Positions 16,418-22,539 of a DNA stretch of 22,539 nucleotides are shown in pieces. Positions within the stretch are counted from its first letter, which is position 1, and each line of letters opens with the position of its first letter. The stretch lies in UHGV virus genome UHGV-0046269. One strand, 5' to 3'. This stretch comes from a virus. The position numbers were made by a program, and so were the translations under genes. The notes beneath the pieces are model-generated. The model did not search any database, was not told the DNA's origin, and saw only the letters and a list, made by a program, of their open reading frames with translations.

Positions 16418-16762
16418 ATGACTCAAAACTATGAACTGATTGTGAAAGGGATCCGCAATTTTGAGAATACAGTTACGGTAACTTTAGCGTTACGGGACAA
16501 AAAACGCTTTGACGGTGAAATTTTAGACCTGGACATCTCGCTGGACCGTGTTGAAGGTGCCGCGCTGGAGTTTTATGAGGCAGCAGCCAGAAGGAGCATC
16601 AGACAGGTCTTCCTGGATGTTGCTGCCGGGTTATGTGAAGGGGATGAGCAGTCACCGGAAAAGCGCCCCATAATTTTAGAGGCGCAGGGTGTGTGGATAA
16701 CCTACAAAGGAAAACTGCCGGGAAGAATTACTGGTTCACTGAAGACTCCGCCGAAATGGTAA
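16418..16762 (+). CDS. Hypothetical protein inserted between holin and endolysin
   Basis: 114 aa ORF starting 5 nt after the holin stop. No lysozyme, spanin or other recognisable motifs. Confidence 0.5.
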   Translation: MTQNYELIVKGIRNFENTVTVTLALRDKKRFDGEILDLDISLDRVEGAALEFYEAAARRSIRQVFLDVAAGLCEGDEQSPEKRPIILEAQGVWITYKGKLPGRITGSLKTPPKW

Positions 16763-17000
16763 TTTCACCAGCATATTTTTCTTCCAGTAATACCGCCAGC
16801 CACTTGAAAGAATTTTGTTGTTGCTGGGACCATTTGGGGTTGAGTGATTCAAGCTGGAGCGATGCCAGTGTTGGTTGCATTTGTTCCTTGGGAATTGAGA
16901 ATGCCAGATATGAAAATGCGACAGTAAGGGCATTTACATCATCCCGAAGCTTGGAAATGCAGTCGAGCAACTCCTGTAGAGAAATGGTGCTATTGTCCAT
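16728..17000 (-). CDS. Hypothetical protein, antisense to the lysis operon
   Basis: 90 aa from MDNSTISLQELLDCISKLRDDVNAL with a GAGAGGA RBS upstream on the minus strand; its 3' end overlaps the 3' end of 16418..16762 by 35 nt. Confidence 0.4.
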   Translation of the reverse strand: MDNSTISLQELLDCISKLRDDVNALTVAFSYLAFSIPKEQMQPTLASLQLESLNPKWSQQQQNSFKWLAVLLEEKYAGEITISAESSVNQ

Positions 17001-17105
17001 AAACAATCCTCTCTATTGTATTTAACTATTCCTTGCCTGATTCAACAGGCCGGGACAGATAAACATATCCAGGGTTCAGAAACCGATAAATCCTGATAAA
17101 TATCC

Positions 17106-17639
17106 ATGAACGCAAAAATCAGATACGGCCTGTCGGCTGCCGTTCTGGCACTGATTGCCGTCGGTGCGCCTGCGCCTGATATTCTCGACCAGTTTCTGGA
17201 TGAAAAAGAAGGTAACCACACAACGGCATACCGCGATGGTTCCGGTATATGGACCATCTGTCGTGGTGCCACAATGGTGGATGGTAAGCCCGTCATACCG
17301 GGAATGAGGCTGTCGAAGGAAAAATGCGACCAGGTTAACGCTATTGAACGTGATAAGGCGCTGGCATGGGTGGAGCGCAATATTAAAGTACCACTGACCG
17401 AACCACAGAAAGCGGGTATAGCGTCATTCTGTCCCTATAACATTGGCCCCGGTAAGTGTTTCCCGTCGACGTTTTATAAGCGGCTGAATGCCGGTGATCG
17501 TAAGGGCGCATGCGAGGCGATTCGCTGGTGGATAAAAGATGGTGGGCGCGATTGCCGCATACGTTCAAATAACTGCTATGGACAGGTTATTCGTCGTGAC
17601 CAGGAAAGCGCATTAGCCTGTTGGGGGATAGATCAGTGA
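17106..17639 (+). CDS. R: SAR endolysin (phage lysozyme, R21-like)
   Basis: 177 aa; N-terminal hydrophobic SAR segment ([16 protein letters not shown]) followed by an E-x8-D-x5-T catalytic triad ([16 protein letters not shown]), as in phage 21 R / P1 Lyz-type lysozymes. Confidence 0.88.
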   Translation: MNAKIRYGLSAAVLALIAVGAPAPDILDQFLDEKEGNHTTAYRDGSGIWTICRGATMVDGKPVIPGMRLSKEKCDQVNAIERDKALAWVERNIKVPLTEPQKAGIASFCPYNIGPGKCFPSTFYKRLNAGDRKGACEAIRWWIKDGGRDCRIRSNNCYGQVIRRDQESALACWGIDQ

Positions 17640-18103
17640 GCAGAGTCGCAGCGATTATTTATACTCTGGTTATCTGCACCATCGTCTGCCTGTCATGGGC
17701 TGTTAATCATTACCGCGATAACGCCATTACCTACAAAGCCCAGCGCGACAAAAATGTCAGAGAACTGAAGCTGGCGAACGCGGCAATTACTGACATGCAG
17801 ATGCGTCAGCGTGATGTTGCTGCGCTCGATGCAAAATACACGAAGGAGTTAGCTGATGCGAAAGCTGAAAATGATGCTCTTCTGCGGAAGCTTGATAATG
17901 GTGGCAGGGTGCTCGTCAAAGGAAAATGCCCTGTGCCATCCTCAGCCGAAACCTCCAGCGCCTCCGGCATGGGCAATGATGCCACCGTCGAACTCTCTCC
18001 AGTTGCTGGACGAAACGTTCTCGATATCCGGGACGGAATTATCCGCGACCAAACAGCACTGAGAACGCTTCAGGAATACATTAGGACGCAATGCCTTCGA
18101 TGA
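17636..18103 (+). CDS. Rz: Spanin inner-membrane subunit Rz
   Basis: About 155 aa from a GTG overlapping the endolysin stop (GTGA); N-terminal TM segment ([19 protein letters not shown]) then a coiled-coil-like region; Rz1 is embedded in the +1 frame. Confidence 0.78.
   Translation: MSRVAAIIYTLVICTIVCLSWAVNHYRDNAITYKAQRDKNVRELKLANAAITDMQMRQRDVAALDAKYTKELADAKAENDALLRKLDNGGRVLVKGKCPVPSSAETSSASGMGNDATVELSPVAGRNVLDIRDGIIRDQTALRTLQEYIRTQCLR
17856..18062 (+). CDS. Rz1: Spanin outer-membrane lipoprotein Rz1 (embedded in Rz)
   Basis: 68 aa entirely inside Rz in another frame; lipobox LIMVAGCSS and a proline-rich mature region ([16 protein letters not shown]). Confidence 0.75.
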   Translation: MRKLKMMLFCGSLIMVAGCSSKENALCHPQPKPPAPPAWAMMPPSNSLQLLDETFSISGTELSATKQH

Positions 18104-18445
18104 TAGCAATAATTTTACTCATCATCCTTCACATCTGGCTCTGTAGACAGGGTGGTGATCACTTCTGGAGTAAATCCAGATTAAACATCTCATTGCTGAT
18201 GCTTGATATTGAGCATCTGGCGCGCAGTAAGGGGCTGCGTTGAGATAAGAGCCAGTTCATTACAAATACCAGGATTTAGCCTCGCATTCGCGGGGCTTTT
18301 TATATCTGAATTTCACAGCGCATCTCACGCGCATATTAACGAGAGCCTTTCAGTAAGCGAGCCTGAGAAATGCCGTTATAGGTGGCGACCTCTCTCGGGC
18401 GGCTTTTCTGTGAGACAGGCTCACTTTCTAAAAGGTAAAGACGCT

Positions 18446-18970
18446 ATGAATAATCATTCAGTTATTCCAGCCTTCGACTTCCGAGAAATGGTGCAAGCCA
18501 AAAACGGAGAGGTCGTTACCACATCCAGAAAAATTGCCAAGTACTTCGGCAAGCGACACGGTGATGTTCTCAGGAAAATCGAGCAGGTTAAGGCTGATTG
18601 CTCGCGTGAGTTTAGCCAACGCAATTTTGCGTCGGCTGATTATATCGATGAGCAGGGCAAGGTTCGCCCGATGTACAGCCTGACGAAAGATGGCTGGATC
18701 ATGGTTGTGATGGGGTTCACCGGGAAAGCTGCTGCGGCAATCAAGGAGAGCTATATCGCAGCATTCAACTGGATGGCAGAGCAACTGAGCCGCCGCATGG
18801 CAATTGGCGAAGAAATGCAGCACCGCTACGCCACCAAAGAAACACGCTCAAAGCTGAAAGGTACGATCGGCAGTCGGTTAATGAACGAACGGAAGAAAGA
18901 GAAGCGTGTCCTGGCTGTCGAGCATGAATACATCTTGCAGGTGACACAGCCTGAACTGCTGATTAATTGA
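18446..18970 (+). CDS. Rha-family phage regulatory protein (antirepressor-like)
   Basis: 174 aa from MNNHSVIPAFDFREMV (RBS AAAGGTAAAG); N-terminal region VVTTSRKIAKYFGKRHGDVLRKIEQ resembles the Rha domain. The track ORF 18203..18970 includes an implausible N-terminal extension. Confidence 0.65.
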   Translation: MNNHSVIPAFDFREMVQAKNGEVVTTSRKIAKYFGKRHGDVLRKIEQVKADCSREFSQRNFASADYIDEQGKVRPMYSLTKDGWIMVVMGFTGKAAAAIKESYIAAFNWMAEQLSRRMAIGEEMQHRYATKETRSKLKGTIGSRLMNERKKEKRVLAVEHEYILQVTQPELLIN

Positions 18971-19272
18971 AGATGTCATTACAAAGCCTATCTACGGGGG
19001 GCTTGATAATGGCTTATACCCTGCACGGGATAACTTAACTGATATCCCTTTTAACGGATAAAGGTATTCAAGCCTGACACATCATGCGCTGTATCGTCGC
19101 CGTATTCCCGCATTAACCATGACCGTAGCCCGACGGGGAATTCCTTCTGCGTGAGTGTGCGGGAATAATCAAAAACGATGCACACCGGGTTATTAACGCG
19201 TCAACTGAACGCGGGGTTGCTCTTCATGTCAGCCAGTCCGGTGCAGGGGTAGAAGAAACCGGACGTTATGGT

Positions 19273-19683
19273 TTAGTGTGGAAACATTTGTGATGTGCTC
19301 TGTATGTTTTCAGTAAAGAGTAATGAATTATCAAAGGTATAGTAATATCTTTTTTGTTCGTGGATATTTGTAACCCACCGAAAAACTCCTGCTTTAGCAA
19401 GGTTTCTTCTGTATTCCTGAAATGTGATCTCTCTGGATTTCAGCTTATTAGAGGTCGTTTCTATAAGATGCCTATCCTTTGAAAATTTGACAGACACAAT
19501 GTTTTTTAGGCCCTTTAATAACACTGTATTATCATTTTTTAATACAATATGAACATTCTCTGTGGCTAAATAGTAAATGTAATGTGAGACATTGTGACGT
19601 TTTAGCTCAGAATAAAACCATTGATAGTTTAAATCGTTTCGAACTTTATCAAATATTTGTTTAAAAATGACTACCTGATCCAT
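19273..19683 (-). CDS. YbcV/YdfO-like protein (DUF1398 family)
   Basis: About 136 aa from [40 protein letters not shown]; AT-rich; sits after the lysis genes like ybcV in DLP12. An alternative start lies 5 codons upstream (19698). Confidence 0.6.
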   Translation of the reverse strand: MDQVVIFKQIFDKVRNDLNYQWFYSELKRHNVSHYIYYLATENVHIVLKNDNTVLLKGLKNIVSVKFSKDRHLIETTSNKLKSREITFQEYRRNLAKAGVFRWVTNIHEQKRYYYTFDNSLLFTENIQSTSQMFPH

Positions 19684-19740
19684 AGATAAACCTTCCATGT
19701 GATATGAGGGGGCGTAGTCTGCACGATTATCTAAATTGCT

Positions 19741-19974
19741 TCAATCTGGTCTGACCTGTTTTCTGAGCAATTCAGTAATGTCACTCTTTTCTTTGTTTGC
19801 TTCAGGAGAAACTCTTTTTTCTGAGCACAGTCTCCGGCGGCAGGCTTCAATGACCCAGGCTGAGAAATTCCCGGACCCTTTTTGATCAAGAGCGATGTTA
19901 ATTTGTTCAATCATTTGGTTAGGAAAGCGGATGTTGCGGGTTGTTGTTCTGCGGGTTTTGTTCTTCGTTGACAT
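19741..19974 (-). CDS. Small ribbon-helix-helix-like DNA-binding protein
   Basis: 77 aa; basic N-terminus then RNIRFPNQMIEQINIALDQKGSGNFSAWVIEACRRRL, consistent with a beta-strand plus helix RHH fold (Arc/CopG-like). Confidence 0.45.
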   Translation of the reverse strand: MSTKNKTRRTTTRNIRFPNQMIEQINIALDQKGSGNFSAWVIEACRRRLCSEKRVSPEANKEKSDITELLRKQVRPD

Positions 19975-20173
19975 GAGGTTGCCCCGTATTCAGTGTCGCT
20001 GATTTGTATTGTCTGAAGTTGTTTTTACGTTAAGTTGATGCAGATCAATTAATACGATACCTGCGTCATAATTGATTATTTGACGTGGTTTGATGGCGTA
20101 GATGCACGTTGTGACATATAGATGATAATTATTATCATTTTGCGGGTCCTTTCCGGCGATCCGACAGGTTACG

Positions 20174-20185
20174 GGGCGGCGACCT
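20174..20185 (+). other. cosN cohesive-end site (lambda-type 12-nt GGGCGGCGACCT)
   Basis: CGACAGGTTACG|GGGCGGCGACCT|CGCGGGTTTTCGCTATTTATGAAAATTTTCCGG matches the junction of lambda's right and left genome ends as I recall them; located upstream of nu1. Confidence 0.85.
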
Positions 20186-20368
20186 CGCGGGTTTTCGCTA
20201 TTTATGAAAATTTTCCGGGAACCATGTCCGGTTTCTCTTCAAGTTAACTATATGAAAAATAAAAAAAGAGGTCTTCTGTGAACCGGGCATGCACAAAAAA
20301 TAGACATGTAAGCCGGACATGACCGGTTTTGTTGTGATTGTGAAGTGAGAGTTTTTGCGAGGTGAGGA
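20186..20368 (+). promoter_or_regulatory. cosB-like region with repeated CCGG(A/G)CATG elements (putative small-terminase binding sites)
   Basis: After the lambda-like first ~33 nt the sequence diverges from lambda and contains CATGTCCGG (20224..20232), CCGGGCATG (20283..20291) and CCGGACATGACCGG (20313..20326) in mixed orientation between cosN and nu1. Confidence 0.45.
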
Positions 20369-20878
20369 GTGGCTACGCAGACTGAAGTTGCCAGGCATTT
20401 AAGTCTGACCGATCGCCAGCTTCGCAGATTGCAGAAATTGCCGGGTGCCCCGATATCGAATAAGCGAGGGCAACTGGATCTGGATGCCTGGCGCGATTTT
20501 TACATATCGTATCTGAGAAGAAGTAAAAACGATGTGCCTGATGGCGATAGCGAAGACGACTATGAGGAGAAATTGCTTATTGCCAGATGGGAACTGACAG
20601 CAGAACAGGCTGTTACACAGCAGTTAAAAAATGAGGTGTCAAAAGGAAAACTTATTGATACCGGGTTCTGTATTTTTGCTCTCAGCAAGCTGGCAATGGC
20701 GTTATCCAGTACGCTTGATTCCATCCCTTTATCCATGCAGCGACAGTTTCCTGATTTAACACCGCGCCATCTTGACCATCTGAAAACCCTTATTGCGAAG
20801 GGGGCAAATCAGTGTGCGCGGGCGGGGGATAAATTACCGGATTTACTCGATGAATATATCAGAGCAACAACTGAATAA
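20369..20878 (+). CDS. nu1: Terminase small subunit (Nu1-like)
   Basis: 169 aa, GTG start after a GAGGTGAGGA RBS; C-terminal half (IFALSKLAMALSSTLDSIPLSMQRQFPDL...LPDLLDEYI) parallels lambda Nu1 (TFVLSRIAGEIASILDGLPLSVQRRFPEL...IPGLLSEYI); N-terminal HTH region differs from lambda. Confidence 0.8.
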   Translation: MATQTEVARHLSLTDRQLRRLQKLPGAPISNKRGQLDLDAWRDFYISYLRRSKNDVPDGDSEDDYEEKLLIARWELTAEQAVTQQLKNEVSKGKLIDTGFCIFALSKLAMALSSTLDSIPLSMQRQFPDLTPRHLDHLKTLIAKGANQCARAGDKLPDLLDEYIRATTE

Positions 20879-20879
20879 T

Positions 20880-22338
20880 ATGATGAGTGCTGTCACAACA
20901 GCATTACAGCCCCTGATAAGGGCATTGCCGGTGACGCCAGTTGAATGGGCTGATCAAAATTATTATCTGCCTAAAGAATCTTCATATGGTGAGGGAGAAT
21001 GGAAAACGCTGCCGTTCCAGATCGCCATCATGAACAGCATGGGGAATGATCAGATCCGGACTGTTAATCTGATTAAATCTGCCCGTGTTGGCTATACAAA
21101 GATGTTGCTGGGGGTGGTCGGGTATTTTATTGAGCATAAATCCCGAAACAGTCTGCTTTTTCAGCCCACGGATTCTGCCGCTGAAGATTTTATGAAGTCT
21201 CACGTGGAGGCGACGATTCGGGATGTTCCCTGCCTGAAAAAACTTTCTCCATGGCTGGGGCGTAAACATCGTGACAATACTCTCACGCTGAAACGCTTTT
21301 CATCGGGTGTGGGCTTCTGGTGCCTGGGCGGCGCTGCCGCCAAAAACTACCGTGAAAAATCCGTGGACGTGGTCTGCTATGACGAACTTTCCTCGTTCGA
21401 ACCGGATGTCGAAAAAGAGGGTTCGCCAACCCTGCTTGGGGATAAACGTATTGAGGGCTCTGTATGGCCCAAATCCATTCGCGGCTCGACGCCTAAAATC
21501 AAAGGCACCTGCCAGATCGAAAAAGCGGCCAACGAGTCGGCGCATTTCATGCGTTTTTATGTGCCCTGCCCACACTGTGGGGAGGAGCAGTATCTGAAAT
21601 TTGGCGATGAATCCACGCCTTTTGGCCTTAAATGGGAGAAGGACAGCCCCGAAAGCGTTTTCTACCTCTGTGAACATCATGGCTGCGTGATCCATCAGTC
21701 TGAGCTTGACCAGAGCAACGGGCGGTGGATCTGTGAAAACACGGGGATGTGGACCCGTGACGGTCTGACGTTTTTCAGCGCCGCGGATAATGAAATTCCG
21801 CCGCCGCGCTCCATCACGTTCCATATCTGGACAGCGTACAGTCCATTCACCACCTGGGTACAGATAGTCTATGACTGGCTGGATGCACTGAAAGATCCCA
21901 ACGGCCTGAAAACCTTTGTGAACACCACGCTGGGCGAGACCTGGGAAGAGGCCGTGGGCGAAAAACTCGATCACCAGGTACTGATGGATAAGGTCGTGCA
22001 TTACACGGCGGCGGTGCCTGCCCGGGTGGTTTATCTGACGGCGGGCATTGACTCGCAGCGAAACCGTTTTGAGATGTATGTCTGGGGATGGGCTCCGGGA
22101 GAGGAAGCCTTTCTGGTGGATAAAATCATCATTATGGGGCGTCCTGATGAGGAAGAGACGCTGTTACGTGTGGATGCGGCGATCAACAAAAAATACCGCC
22201 ATGCGGATGGCACCGAAATGACCATTTCCCGTGTCTGCTGGGACACCGGGGGGATCGATGGTGAAATCGTCTACCAGAGGTCAAAAAAACACGGTGTTTT
22301 CCGTGTGCTGCCGGTAAAAGGCGCGTCTGTCTATGGCA
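20880..22338 (+). CDS. A: Terminase large subunit (gpA-like), 5' portion up to the assembly gap
   Basis: Not in the ORF track because no stop occurs before the gap. Hand translation from the ATG at 20880 is open throughout and parallels lambda gpA (VEWADQNYYLPKESSYGEGEWKTLPFQ..., CPHCGEEQYLKFGD, HIWTAYSPFTTWVQIV, LTAGIDSQ). Starts 2 nt after the nu1 stop. Confidence 0.9.
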
Positions 22339-22348
22339 NNNNNNNNNN
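22339..22348. other. Assembly gap (10 N) at a scaffold join
   Basis: Run of N flanked by two near-identical 168-nt copies of the same terminase segment. Confidence 0.85.
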
Positions 22349-22539
22349 TGGATGCGGCGATCAACAAAAAATACCGCCATGCAGACGGAACCGAAATGAC
22401 CATTTCCCGTGTCTGCTGGGACATCGGGGGGATCGATGGCGAAATCGTTTATCAGAGGTCAAAAAAACACGGTGTTTTCCGGGTGCTGCCGGTAAAAGGC
22501 GCGTCTGTCTATGGCAAGCCGGTGATCACCATGCCGAAA
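22349..22539 (+). CDS. A: Terminase large subunit fragment after the gap (overlapping duplicate, continues past window end)
   Basis: 22349..22516 repeats 22171..22338 with about 8 substitutions, then continues AAGCCGGTGATCACCATGCCGAAA (KPVITMPK), which parallels lambda gpA (KPVASMPRK). Frame relative to the pre-gap part is arbitrary because of the gap. Confidence 0.75.

Noticed and set aside
20982-22380. Minus-strand ORFs 20982..21269, 21300..22001, 22031..22246, 22183..22380 and plus-strand ORF 21307..21597
   Set aside because: They lie inside the plus-strand terminase large subunit gene, whose translation is open and gpA-like throughout; these are chance ORFs in GC-rich coding DNA.
1-22539. 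CRISPR arrays, insertion sequences, rRNA genes
   Set aside because: No regularly spaced direct repeats with spacers, no transposase-like ORF with terminal inverted repeats, and no rRNA-like sequence were seen.

Overview
This window reads as a nearly complete lambdoid prophage from an Enterobacteriaceae (E. coli-like) host, running from the integrase end to the start of the head-packaging genes. All calls are from reading the sequence and recalled family knowledge; no searches were run. Order left to right: int/xis and a large DEDDh-exonuclease protein (minus strand); a Qin-like ydfABC-dicF-dicB-ydfD division-inhibition operon (minus strand); a CI-like repressor divergent from a DicC/Cro-like gene; a YdaT-like protein and a replication initiator carrying iteron-like repeats; several small unknown genes; a hok-like type I toxin; rem-like/DUF968/rusA/Q; three tRNAs (Ile2-CAU, Arg-UCG, Arg-UCU) as in Stx phages; an AT-rich cargo island where stx sits in Stx phages; a phage-21-type lysis cassette (pinholin, SAR endolysin, Rz/Rz1) interrupted by two unknown genes; Rha-like, YbcV-like and RHH genes; then a lambda-type cos site, nu1 and a truncated terminase large subunit. 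Both N-runs look like scaffold joins with overlapping ends rather than real sequence. The most likely places for something undescribed are the two-gene insert inside the lysis cassette and the AT-rich island after the tRNAs. The ORF track omits the terminase large subunit and the short ydfA/ydfB genes, which I added by hand translation.
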